NCBI GenBank assembly: GCA_004284765.1
Contig: NQJD01000014.1
Location: 25,283 to 57,282 of the forward strand
DNA from: Candidatus Electronema aureum
GTDB lineage: Bacteria; Desulfobacterota; Desulfobulbia; Desulfobulbales; Desulfobulbaceae
DNA: 32,000 bases
Reading direction: 5' to 3'
Within the stretch, counting starts at the first letter, position 1; every line of letters starts with the position of its first letter. The position numbers and the translations under genes are program-made. Under the pieces are notes generated by a model. That model was given only the letters and a program-made list of their open reading frames with translations. It did no database searches and was not told where the DNA came from. Below, piece after piece: positions 16,504 to 27,077 of the stretch.

Positions 16504-16593
16504 AACGTGCATCGTTCAAGCAAAGGAAAACTTGGGATAAAAGGCCACGCTTTTGTCCACCTCTTTTTTCAGTAAAAAAAATCATGTTACATC

Positions 16594-17457
16594 GTGCGCC
16601 ATGAAATATCAACCGGCAAAGTCTCTCCGCCGTGTTTGCCTGTCTGCGAGGCTCCAGTGCTGATCGACACAGCAGTAGTCTATACTGATTCAGCTATAGC
16701 CAAGCAAGCTGAAACATTAGCCTTCCAGCTTAAACTGCCTCTGGCCCAGCCCGGTCAGTTGCACGAGCTGCTGCTCCGCTGCACACCTGATGGACTGGAG
16801 CTGCTCAAGCCAGATGATCCCCATCTGAGCGGGCCAGTGCGGGTCGATTTCACCGCCGGAGCCGCTGCTTTTCGCCGTAAACAGCAGGGCAAGGAGCTGT
16901 TGCTTCGCGCTGTTGGCTGCAAGATCGGCAGGCCGTTGGCGGTGGCGGTGATTGATGCTACTGGCGGCTTAGGGCGGGATAGCTTTTTACTTGCCGCAGC
17001 AGGCTGCACGGTACAAATATTCGAGCGGCAACCCATTCTTGCTGCCTTGCTGGCCGATGGCTTGGAACGCGCCCGCCAATGCCGAGAGACAGCGCAAATC
17101 GCAGAACGCATCCAGCTATTTGTCGGTGATGCAGTCTCAGCTTTACACAAAATGCAGGAGCGCGGTCAACATGCTGCGGTCATCTATCTTGACCCCATGT
17201 TCCCAGAACGGCGCAAATCCGCATTAGTTAAGAAAGAAGCACAGATGCTCCAGCTTCTCGCCTCTGCTGAGGCAGCGGACGAGGCCCAGCTGCTGGCAGC
17301 GGCACTGGCAGTCGGTAAACGGGTGGTGGTCAAGCGGCCTGTCAAGGCGACCTGTATCGCTGGGCCTGCGCCATCTCATGCTGTGATCGGAAAAACAGTC
17401 CGTTTTGATGTCTATCTGCACACGACGAGCAACCTGAAAAAGGCCAATGCAGAATAG
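16594..17457 (+). CDS. rsmJ: 16S rRNA (guanine1516-N2)-methyltransferase RsmJ/YhiQ family.
   Basis: The motifs VIDATGGLGRDSFLLAAAGC, IYLDPMFPERRKSALVKKEAQMLQ, KRVVVKRP and RFDVY closely parallel E. coli RsmJ. The listed start is a GTG and is uncertain. Confidence 0.85.
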   Translation: MRHEISTGKVSPPCLPVCEAPVLIDTAVVYTDSAIAKQAETLAFQLKLPLAQPGQLHELLLRCTPDGLELLKPDDPHLSGPVRVDFTAGAAAFRRKQQGKELLLRAVGCKIGRPLAVAVIDATGGLGRDSFLLAAAGCTVQIFERQPILAALLADGLERARQCRETAQIAERIQLFVGDAVSALHKMQERGQHAAVIYLDPMFPERRKSALVKKEAQMLQLLASAEAADEAQLLAAALAVGKRVVVKRPVKATCIAGPAPSHAVIGKTVRFDVYLHTTSNLKKANAE

Positions 17458-17465
17458 TGCTGGCA

Positions 17466-17501
17466 ATTCAGGCTCTCCTTGGGTAAAATGCTGAATTTTT
17501 T
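17466..17501 (+). terminator. Weak terminator candidate after rsmJ.
   Basis: ATTCAG (17466-17471) pairs with CTGAAT (17491-17496) and is followed by a T-run. The stem is AT-rich and the loop is 19 nt, so support is marginal. Confidence 0.3.
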
Positions 17502-17545
17502 CATCTGCGGACCAAGGTAAGGCATCAGAAAGACAGTTACGACGG

Positions 17546-18706
17546 ATGCATCTAAAAAAAGAAACTGTTGTCTCAATCATCAACACCATCGGCGAGCTGA
17601 ATCAGCTCCAAGATGTTGATATAATTTTGAGTAGCACACTGTGTGAGGCGCGCTCGCTGGCTAACGCCGATGCAGGTTCGATTTTTCTCCTTCGCAACGG
17701 TGAGCTGGAGTTCCGTCATGTGCAAAACGACACGCTCTTTGGGGCAAAGGAGAGCGGAATCTTTCAATATAGCGCGGAAACCCTGCCCATCAGCGAAAGT
17801 TCGATTGTCGGCTACGCAGCCCTGACCAAAGAGATGGTGGCGATAGACGATGCTTACGCCATCCCTGATGGGGTACCCTACCAATTTAACGCCTCTTTTG
17901 ATGATAAAAACAGGTATCGCACCGTCTCTATTCTCGCGGTGCCACTGATCTCACGTGGTAACAGCTTGGTCGGGGTGATGCAGCTGATCAATGCCAAAAA
18001 TCGGCAAGGTACTCCGATTTTTTTTTCTGAGCAGATCAAAACGTTAGTTCCTATTTTTACCAATAATGCAGCGGCGATCATCGAGCGGAGCATCCTCAAC
18101 CGGGAACTCATCCTGCGCATGGCGAAGATGGCCGAGCTGCATGACCCAGAAGAAACCGGTGTGCATGTTCAGCGGGTCAGTGCCTTTTGTGCAGAACTGT
18201 ACCAACGTTGGGCGGAAAATAGAAAGATACCCCGCTGGGAAATCCGCCGCTTCCGCGACATCATCAGTCAGGCCTCGATGCTTCATGACGCAGGCAAGGT
18301 GGGGATTCCCGATGCCGTGTTGAAGAAGCCTGGCCCGCTGGATGACGACGAATTTTTGCTTGTCAAACAGCACACCGTGTACGGGGCCAAGCTCTTCAGC
18401 AGCATCTCGTCAGAGTTAGATCAGGTCACGCATGACATCATGCTCTATCACCATGAATACTGGAATGGGATAGGGTATCCTGTCGGGCTAAATGGAGATC
18501 AAATCCCCTTAGCTGCCCGGATCACCGCTTTAGCTGATGTCTTTGACGCTCTTTCCTCAAAACGCTGCTATAAGGCATCTTGGAGCAATGAAATGATTTA
18601 CAAGGAAATCAGAAATGATTCTGGGATACATTTCGACCCGGAGCTGGTAGATATTTTTTTTGAAATTACCGACATCCTTCATGCCATTCAGATGAAGTTC
18701 AAATAG
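17546..18706 (+). CDS. GAF-domain HD-GYP protein; a probable c-di-GMP phosphodiesterase.
   Basis: The N-terminal region is GAF-like (ANADAGSIFLL...GVMQLINAK). The C-terminal region has HDAGKVGIPDAVLKKPGPL and LYHHEYWNGIGYP, which are the HD and GYP motifs. Confidence 0.85.
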   Translation: MHLKKETVVSIINTIGELNQLQDVDIILSSTLCEARSLANADAGSIFLLRNGELEFRHVQNDTLFGAKESGIFQYSAETLPISESSIVGYAALTKEMVAIDDAYAIPDGVPYQFNASFDDKNRYRTVSILAVPLISRGNSLVGVMQLINAKNRQGTPIFFSEQIKTLVPIFTNNAAAIIERSILNRELILRMAKMAELHDPEETGVHVQRVSAFCAELYQRWAENRKIPRWEIRRFRDIISQASMLHDAGKVGIPDAVLKKPGPLDDDEFLLVKQHTVYGAKLFSSISSELDQVTHDIMLYHHEYWNGIGYPVGLNGDQIPLAARITALADVFDALSSKRCYKASWSNEMIYKEIRNDSGIHFDPELVDIFFEITDILHAIQMKFK

Positions 18707-18716
18707 GACAACCACT

Positions 18717-19079
18717 ATGATTGAGCAAACCATTGCGGAATTGAAAAAACTCGTTCCCTTCAAAGAAACCACTGAATCAGGCGACATTGTGCTGGTTTTA
18801 GCCGAGGAAGAAGAGCATCCCGCCCTTCTCTATGCCTTAGTGACCGGTATCGAACGCGATACCACCCGTCGCGATGAGTGGTGGCATCTGTCGCTTCAGC
18901 TACTCTCGGTGCCGCCGCAGTCAGTGGTTTGGACCTTACGCACCCCGCAATTCACCGGTCAAGAGAGCTTCACAATGGGCGGTAAAGGACGTTTCGTCAA
19001 AGCGATACGGATTGAAAAACCGCAATCCGTATCATCACCGGGACCTAAGGCTAAAGGCGGTCTGCGCTTGGTCAAATGA
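18717..19079 (+). CDS. Hypothetical 120-aa protein with no family I can recognise.
   Basis: The start lies 10 nt after the HD-GYP stop and is preceded by AGGA. The stop overlaps the HPr-like start in an ATGA arrangement, which suggests translational coupling. Confidence 0.6.
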   Translation: MIEQTIAELKKLVPFKETTESGDIVLVLAEEEEHPALLYALVTGIERDTTRRDEWWHLSLQLLSVPPQSVVWTLRTPQFTGQESFTMGGKGRFVKAIRIEKPQSVSSPGPKAKGGLRLVK

Positions 19080-19345
19080 GCAAGATTATCTGGGAGAGTC
19101 TGATTGCTCTTCCGAGAGGTGTTCATTGCCGGGTGGCAGCCAAGATGATTGAGATCGTGGCAACGCACGATGCTGAAGTACAGCTTGCTGCTGAAGGCGG
19201 CACAGCAGACTGCTCGTCTATGCTGGAAATTCTCAGCCTTGCTCTCACCCAAGGCAGCTCAGTGCGCTGCACAGCAACAGGCCCGAATGCACCGCAAGTA
19301 GCGCAGGCTATTGATCAACTGCTCTCCGCCAAGGAGGAGCTTTGA
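19076..19345 (+). CDS. ptsH: HPr/NPr-like phosphocarrier protein.
   Basis: The 89-aa protein has GVHCRVAAKMIE, which aligns with the His15 region GLHTRPA of E. coli HPr. DAEVQL...GPNAPQVAQAIDQLL follows, and the gene sits directly upstream of ptsI. The active-site context is atypical. Confidence 0.75.
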   Translation: MSKIIWESLIALPRGVHCRVAAKMIEIVATHDAEVQLAAEGGTADCSSMLEILSLALTQGSSVRCTATGPNAPQVAQAIDQLLSAKEEL

Positions 19346-19346
19346 T

Positions 19347-21141
<1,795 letters not shown>

Positions 21142-21155
<14 letters not shown>

Positions 21156-22170
21156 GCTGATTGAACATATCCGACAGCTGACTCAACCGAGCGGCAACGG
21201 CCTGATTCAAGGTATTGGTGACGACTGCGCAGTGATTGAGAAAGATCGCGAAACAGTCTGGCTGCTGACGATGGACACCCTGATTGAGTCAGTGCATTTC
21301 AACTGCACTTGGCATCCGCCCGAATTACTGGGTCGTAAGGCAGTGGCAGTCAACATCAGCGATATCGCGGCAATGGGCGGCAGACCGCTCTTCGTGTTGC
21401 TCTCGCTGGGCCTGCCTGTGGGTTTTTCCACAAATTGGACAAGCCAGCTGATGCGGGGAATCACCAATGCCTGCGCTGAACAAGGCTGCCTGCTGATCGG
21501 CGGTGATACGGTATGTAGCCCCGCTGGAGTACATCTGACCTTGACGGTGATCGGCGAGATGCGAAAAGAGCAGGTATTGTACCGTCATGGAGCAGAGATA
21601 GATGACGTGGTTTGGGTTTCTGGGCCGCTGGGCTGGTCAGCTGCTGGGTTGTCCCTCCTTCAGGCAGGCAACGTGGCAGATGATCCGCAATGGCAGCAGC
21701 TGATTCAGACTCATCTTACCCCGCAGCCGCGCACCAAACTGGGTCAATTGTTAGCCGAAACCGGCTTAGTTCATGCGATGATGGACATGTCTGACGGCTT
21801 GGCCACTGATTTAGCCCATATCTGCGGGCAAAGCGGAGTCGGAGCAACCATTAAAGCGCACCTGCTACCGGGTGGCAGTGCGCTGGTTGTAGCAGGCGAA
21901 TTGCTTGGCCAAGACCCCTTGACGTGGATGGTATCAGGCGGCGAAGATTACGAGCTACTTTTCACCAGCGCAGAAACAGACAGTGAAACATTGCAGCGCT
22001 TGGTTGCCGAGCAGGGCTTGACTGTGCATCCGATAGGAACGATCAGGCAAGGCCAGGGTTTACGATTGATCCGTAGCAGCATGGTTGAGGAAAATATTTC
22101 TTTTCAGGGCTTTGATCATTTCAAAAAGGGGGAGCGATCATGCACAGGAACAAATGCTGGATCGGGATAA
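21142..22170 (+). CDS. thiL: Thiamine-monophosphate kinase.
   Basis: The motifs are GIGDDCAVI, DTLIESVHF, AVNISDIAAMGG, GGDT, MDMSDGL and GGEDYELLF, with a C-terminal GFDHF. The ATG at 21142 (MNERELIEHI) overlaps the end of ptsI by 14 nt. Confidence 0.9.
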
Positions 22171-22589
22171 CAGCCTTGGTGCTGTCATTCCTTTCCCTGT
22201 TGCTGACAGTTTTCCCTTCGTGCTTGATTCAGCAAAGAATATTTGTGCTTGAGCGGAAATTGTACGATGAAACTGCGGCCTATTCGTTTGATATCCAAAG
22301 CTGCGACAACGGAAAGGGCTATACATGCCTGACCGAAGCTGAGAAGTACGCGGCAGAAATAAAATGCCTTTATCGCAGATTGCGAATCTGCAACCTTGCT
22401 ATGATACTGTTTGCCTGTGCAGCGATTGGCACTGCTGCTTGGTCATCGCGGAAAGAACGGGTAAAGGAATTCTGCCTTTTCAGCATTGCCTCATCTTCAG
22501 TCGCGTTGTCTTGGCAGTATGTTGGTGCTGTATTTGCGGTCAGCATTGCTCTTTTCGTTTTCACTGTGCTGACGGTAAAGCTCAATTGA
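22140..22589 (+). CDS. Hypothetical small membrane protein, Cys-rich (8 Cys in 149 aa).
   Basis: A GGGGGAG ribosome-binding site sits 5 nt before the ATG. There are about 4 hydrophobic segments. The start overlaps the thiL 3' end by 31 nt. Confidence 0.6.
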   Translation: MHRNKCWIGITALVLSFLSLLLTVFPSCLIQQRIFVLERKLYDETAAYSFDIQSCDNGKGYTCLTEAEKYAAEIKCLYRRLRICNLAMILFACAAIGTAAWSSRKERVKEFCLFSIASSSVALSWQYVGAVFAVSIALFVFTVLTVKLN

Positions 22590-22603
22590 ACACTTCGGCT
22601 GAG

Positions 22604-24229
22604 TCAGAATGAGTCCTGAAGATGACGGAAGTAGTCCCGTGCTTTGGCTTTTTGGGCAGCAGGCAGGGCAGCATCAATGTCCTGCCGCTGGGTTTTGGCC
22701 CGCTGTTTCTGCTCCTCGCTCAGACCGTTGTCATGACTCACTGCCACGGAAAGCCACGCATGAGCTAAGGCTGCATCCTGCGGACAACCTTGGCCTTGCA
22801 AACAGCATTCTGCTGCCTCTAATTGGGCCAAACCGTAGTTGAGTTGGGCAGCGTAAAGCAGCCATTCAAAACTGAGCGGTGCATCTTGGGCAACTGCATC
22901 TCCTGCTCCGTCCCGACAGATCATTGATAACGCATAGGCTGCTGGCCCGTGGCCGAGATTAGCCGCCTCAGTCAACCAGCGTACTGCCTCAGGGATACTT
23001 TGTTCAATCTCCCATTCAGGATCGCCAGTAAGATACATCTGAGCAACCTCCAGCTGCGCCTCTGCCTCATTTGCTTCTGCCCGCTGAAGCAGCACCTCAA
23101 AGGTGCTGGGCTGAAAAGTGGTTTCGCTACAGAGAGCGCGGAGATGTTTCCGGTAGCAGTGCAACTCTTCCAGCGTGATCGGTAAAAGACCCATGAACAA
23201 CGCCGGGCGATTGAGGAAATCATCAGCCGTGAGCGAAGCATGAACACATTCTTGACCGGACTGCGCAGCGTGCGCCAGCAGTCGAGCTGGGTTAGTCTTT
23301 TTCGGCATGTGTTCAAAGTGGGTTGGGCAGATCAGGAGCTGCACCCCGTGCCGGTCTTTCAAAACTGCTTTGCAAACCACCCAAGACCCGTCTTCTTCCG
23401 CATAACTATAAACACCGCCGGTAAGAATCTGATATTCTTCTCGCACCTGCTCGCCCAGCTGAATTATACTGATGCCACGCTGAACAATCCGATTCAACCA
23501 GTAGCGGCTTTTTTTGCTGTCTCTTGGTAAATCCACGCCAAGCAGATAGCGGTCGGCCAACACAGCCATTGCGTTGGGATCGTCGCGCCACGCTGCGTAA
23601 GAACCGACCTTGCGCAGCCAAGCGGGCGAGTTATCGCTCAGACAGTCATAGACTGAATCAACATAGAGCTGCCAACCCCGGAAATCGCTGTCCGTTAGCG
23701 GGCGGTCTTGAATGAAGATGCTGTTTGCGGCAAAGGACTGCGCAGGGATAGGCAGATGCTCTGCGCCAAAGGAACCGTCAATGGCATCAACCTCCAAAGT
23801 CAGCTCTTGTTCGGAAAGTCGCTCAGGCACTTGAAGGAAGCGTCCAGCATAGCGCAGCACATGAACAAAGCCGTCCTCAGCATGAACCACTTTGACGATT
23901 CGATAAAGACCACCGTTTCGCTCCTGCATCGCGTATATGCCACCGGGCAGAGGATATGGCGTGCTGCTTTCCGCGACCAGACGGTGTTCAACCGCCCGCT
24001 GATGCTGCGGGTTCATCTCTGGCAAAGCTGTCTCTGCTTCCGGCTGGGAACTGAGATTGAATTCTGGTGCTAACGCGGACAAGGGTTCGTCCTTGATGCG
24101 GATACTGTCTAAGGCTGCGCAGCTCTCTGCTTCCTCGCCCTCATGACGGAAGGAGGCAGCCTCCAGCTGTTTGCGCCGGTCGTGTCTGTCAGAATCTGCC
24201 AGTTTTTTAAGAAAGTCGAAAAAGGACAT
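22604..24229 (-). CDS. Sel1/TPR-like repeat protein with a duplicated N-terminal module.
   Basis: The C-terminal half has Sel1-like repeats (AQLEVAQMYLTGD...AVRWLTEAANLGHGPAAYALSMIC; YGLAQLEAAECCLQGQGCPQD..AHAWL). I prefer the ATG at 24229 (MSFFDFLKK) over the TTG at 24256 in the ORF track. Confidence 0.65.
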   Translation of the reverse strand: MSFFDFLKKLADSDRHDRRKQLEAASFRHEGEEAESCAALDSIRIKDEPLSALAPEFNLSSQPEAETALPEMNPQHQRAVEHRLVAESSTPYPLPGGIYAMQERNGGLYRIVKVVHAEDGFVHVLRYAGRFLQVPERLSEQELTLEVDAIDGSFGAEHLPIPAQSFAANSIFIQDRPLTDSDFRGWQLYVDSVYDCLSDNSPAWLRKVGSYAAWRDDPNAMAVLADRYLLGVDLPRDSKKSRYWLNRIVQRGISIIQLGEQVREEYQILTGGVYSYAEEDGSWVVCKAVLKDRHGVQLLICPTHFEHMPKKTNPARLLAHAAQSGQECVHASLTADDFLNRPALFMGLLPITLEELHCYRKHLRALCSETTFQPSTFEVLLQRAEANEAEAQLEVAQMYLTGDPEWEIEQSIPEAVRWLTEAANLGHGPAAYALSMICRDGAGDAVAQDAPLSFEWLLYAAQLNYGLAQLEAAECCLQGQGCPQDAALAHAWLSVAVSHDNGLSEEQKQRAKTQRQDIDAALPAAQKAKARDYFRHLQDSF

Positions 24230-24497
24230 ACCAAGAGAGTGCGGTGAAAGTTGCAATGTGTGCAGCGCAGAAGTATATAGGAGTTACGCCGCTCAATTGT
24301 ACAAAGCGTGGGGGTCACAGCGCGCCGTGACTTTTTGATCTCCTCACACTCATGAGTTCCCCGGACAACTTACCAGTGAGTTCTCTGGTATGATTCTGGA
24401 ACAGTGTAGGGCGAAAAGCAGCTTATGTCAATTGTTCAGAAAGCCTCCGGCGCAGGAGGACGGCAGGTACGGAATAAACAACCACAGGAGAATACCG

Positions 24498-25523
24498 ATG
24501 AATCAGACTGTTGACAGCGGCGCAGCATCAGGGATCAAGCCCTCGGTTGCGGAAATCAGCCGAGCTGTACAGGAAAGCTCGGCTTGGGTTGGGTTACTGA
24601 AGCACGAGATCGGCAAAAATATTATTGGTCAAGAAAAGTTGATTGAGCGGTTGCTGATTGGCCTGCTCACTGGTGGACACATTCTCTTAGAAGGTCTGCC
24701 GGGTTTGGCAAAAACCTTGGCGGTGAAGACCTTGGCCGCTGCTGTTTCCACCGATTTCCGCCGTATTCAATTCACCCCAGATATGCTACCTGCGGACATT
24801 ATTGGCACGGAAATCTACAATCCCAGAGACAGCTCATTTGTGGTCAAGCAAGGACCGATCTTTGCCTCGCTCATACTCGCTGACGAGATCAACCGCGCTC
24901 CATCTAAGGTGCAGTCGGCTCTGCTGGAGGCGATGCAAGAAAAGCAGGTGACAATCGGCGAATCTACGTTTCCGCTGCCAGAGCTTTTTCTGGTCTTGGC
25001 CACGCAAAACCCAATTGAGCAGGAAGGCACCTATCCCCTACCCGAAGCCCAAGTGGACCGTTTTATGCTCAAGGTACAAGTGGGGTATCCGACCCGCGAA
25101 CAAGAGCGGCGCATTCTTGATTTGATTGAACATACTGATGCTCAAGCGGCAATGCCGCCGATTCTCGCGCCAGAGGATATCCTCGCGGCCCGCAAAGTGG
25201 TGGACAGCATTTACGTTGATGATAGGATTAAGGATTACATCGTTGATTTAGTCTGCGCTACCCGCGAGCCGTCTGGCCTTAACGCTGGGATGCGGGAGTA
25301 TATCGAAACCGGAGCCTCGCCCAGAGCAACTATTAACCTAAAAGCAGCGGCCCGCGCTTTAGCTTACCTTAGTGGACGCGGCTATGTTATCCCGGATGAT
25401 ATAAAAAGCTGTGCGTTAGACGTGCTGCGCCACCGGATTCGGATCAGCTACGAAGCCGAAGCTGAGGGCATCAGCAGCGAGGACATCATCCGCAGACTGT
25501 TGGAAACCGTACCGGTGCCGTGA
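24498..25523 (+). CDS. moxR: MoxR-family AAA+ ATPase.
   Basis: The motifs are ILLEGLPGLAKT (Walker A variant), ILADEINRAPSKVQSALLEAMQE (Walker B and sensor), LATQNPIEQEGTYPLPEAQVDRF and GASPRA. The ATG at 24498 is preceded by CAGGAG. Confidence 0.9.
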   Translation: MNQTVDSGAASGIKPSVAEISRAVQESSAWVGLLKHEIGKNIIGQEKLIERLLIGLLTGGHILLEGLPGLAKTLAVKTLAAAVSTDFRRIQFTPDMLPADIIGTEIYNPRDSSFVVKQGPIFASLILADEINRAPSKVQSALLEAMQEKQVTIGESTFPLPELFLVLATQNPIEQEGTYPLPEAQVDRFMLKVQVGYPTREQERRILDLIEHTDAQAAMPPILAPEDILAARKVVDSIYVDDRIKDYIVDLVCATREPSGLNAGMREYIETGASPRATINLKAAARALAYLSGRGYVIPDDIKSCALDVLRHRIRISYEAEAEGISSEDIIRRLLETVPVP

Positions 25524-25527
25524 GCAG

Positions 25528-26442
25528 ATGGAAACCGCAGCAATTAAGGAAATCTTAAAGAAGGTCAGGCAGATTGAAGTCCGCACCCGACGTATGGCGG
25601 ACAGCAGCCTAGCCGGGAGCTACCATTCGGTCTTCAAAGGCCGGGGCATGAATTTCGATGAGGTGCGCGAGTATGTACCGGGCGATGAAATTCGTACCAT
25701 TGATTGGAACGTCACCGCTCGCACAGGTGTTCCCCATGTCAAGAAATTCAGCGAAGAGCGGGAACTGACCATTATGCTGCTGATCGACCTCAGCGCATCT
25801 GGCAGCTTTGGCTCTGGTCAACAGTCGAAACGGGAAGTGATGGCTGAATTGGCTGCTGTGCTGGCTTTTTCCGCTGTCCGCAACAGCGATAAGGTGGGAC
25901 TACTGCTCTTTTCTGATTTTGCGGAACTGTTCATTGCACCAGGCAAAGGTCGCAGTCATATTCTGCGGGTCATCCGGGAAATTCTCTTTTTTCAGCCCCA
26001 AGGCAAAGGCACGAATATCGGCGGTGCGTTGGACTTCTTCAGTCGGGTGACAAAACGGAAATGCGTGACCTTTCTTCTTTCCGACTTCTGCTTACCCGGT
26101 GATTTTGACGACTCCCTGCAAGAGCTTCAGCCTAAGCTGCAAATTGCTGCTCGCCGTCACGACCTGATTGCGGTCTCTGTCACTGATCCGCGTGAGCTGA
26201 AGCTCCCAGAGGCGGGCTGGATCACCTTAGAAGATGCGGAGACTGGCGAACAAGTGCTGCTCAACACCTCCGACGACTGGACGCGACAGGCTTATGCTAC
26301 CTTAGCTGCGGACCAGAGAGAGCGTTTTGCCCGCTCTTTGCGCGGTAGCGGTATTGACCTGCTTCAGCTTTTCACTGATCAGCCTTACCTTGCTGCCTTG
26401 ATGGGATTTTTTCGCTCTCGTAGCCGGAGGGTAGCGCGATGA
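25528..26442 (+). CDS. DUF58-family (vWA-like) protein, the usual MoxR partner.
   Basis: YVPGDEIRTIDWNVTARTGVPHVKKFSEERELTIMLLIDLSASGSFGS is the hallmark DUF58 region. Confidence 0.85.
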   Translation: METAAIKEILKKVRQIEVRTRRMADSSLAGSYHSVFKGRGMNFDEVREYVPGDEIRTIDWNVTARTGVPHVKKFSEERELTIMLLIDLSASGSFGSGQQSKREVMAELAAVLAFSAVRNSDKVGLLLFSDFAELFIAPGKGRSHILRVIREILFFQPQGKGTNIGGALDFFSRVTKRKCVTFLLSDFCLPGDFDDSLQELQPKLQIAARRHDLIAVSVTDPRELKLPEAGWITLEDAETGEQVLLNTSDDWTRQAYATLAADQRERFARSLRGSGIDLLQLFTDQPYLAALMGFFRSRSRRVAR

Positions 26443-27077
26443 ATCGCTGGCTTTTCCTACTCCTTCTGCTGGCGATGAACGGTTTTCCGGTTCGATTGCA
26501 AGCGGAGAATGTTGCTGTGCCGCTGACAGCTCTGGGGCAGCAAGTTCAGGCTGCACCCGCTGTTGATGATGAGCTTGGAGAGATTGAACCGCCGCTGCCT
26601 TTGCCTGATCAAAACTGGCTGCTGCCCGCAGGAGGCGTGGCTCTGCTGGTGGTCAGCGGTGGACTGTTATTCTTCTATCTACAAAGAAAACACACTAAGC
26701 AGCAAATTCCACCGTTAGCTCATGAAATCGCCCTCCTTCAGCTCTCGCACGCTGAAAAGTTAATTGCAGCGCAGAACGGTGCTGCTTTTGCCGCGTTGTT
26801 TGATCAGACGTTGCGCGGTTATTTAGAAGAACGCTTCGGCATCACTGCGCCTAAACAGACCGCAAGCGAGCTGATTTACCTCTTGACTGAAGACGAGGCA
26901 AAATTGCCAGAACTGCTGAAGACGCATTCTGAAAACCTGCAAAGTTGGCTCCACCATTGTGATTTAGTTAAATTTGCCAACGCTACCTTGAGTCAAGAGC
27001 AGATGACCACGTTGGCAGCTGAGTTGCACCTCTTTATTGAGGCAAGCAAAGCGGAGGCAGTGAAAAAGCATGGATAG
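26439..27077 (+). CDS. DUF4381-like single-pass membrane protein of Bat/MoxR operons.
   Basis: It has a signal-like N-terminus and one TM segment (LLPAGGVALLVVSGGLLFFYL). The sequence ALLQL...LRGYLEERFGI.A..QTASEL follows. The start overlaps the upstream gene in an ATGA arrangement. Confidence 0.65.
   Translation: MNRWLFLLLLLAMNGFPVRLQAENVAVPLTALGQQVQAAPAVDDELGEIEPPLPLPDQNWLLPAGGVALLVVSGGLLFFYLQRKHTKQQIPPLAHEIALLQLSHAEKLIAAQNGAAFAALFDQTLRGYLEERFGITAPKQTASELIYLLTEDEAKLPELLKTHSENLQSWLHHCDLVKFANATLSQEQMTTLAAELHLFIEASKAEAVKKHG

Noticed and set aside
19311-19346. The upstream in-frame ATG at 19311, which would extend PtsI by 12 aa and overlap HPr.
   Set aside because: The ATG at 19347 has a strong AAGGAGGAG Shine-Dalgarno sequence and lies 1 nt after the HPr stop. 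The extension adds non-conserved residues.
24313-24336. A GTCAC..GTGAC hairpin followed by TTTTT in the Sel1/moxR divergent intergenic region, considered as a terminator.
   Set aside because: The stem is only 5 bp and no upstream plus-strand gene exists for it to terminate. It is more likely incidental or part of the moxR leader.
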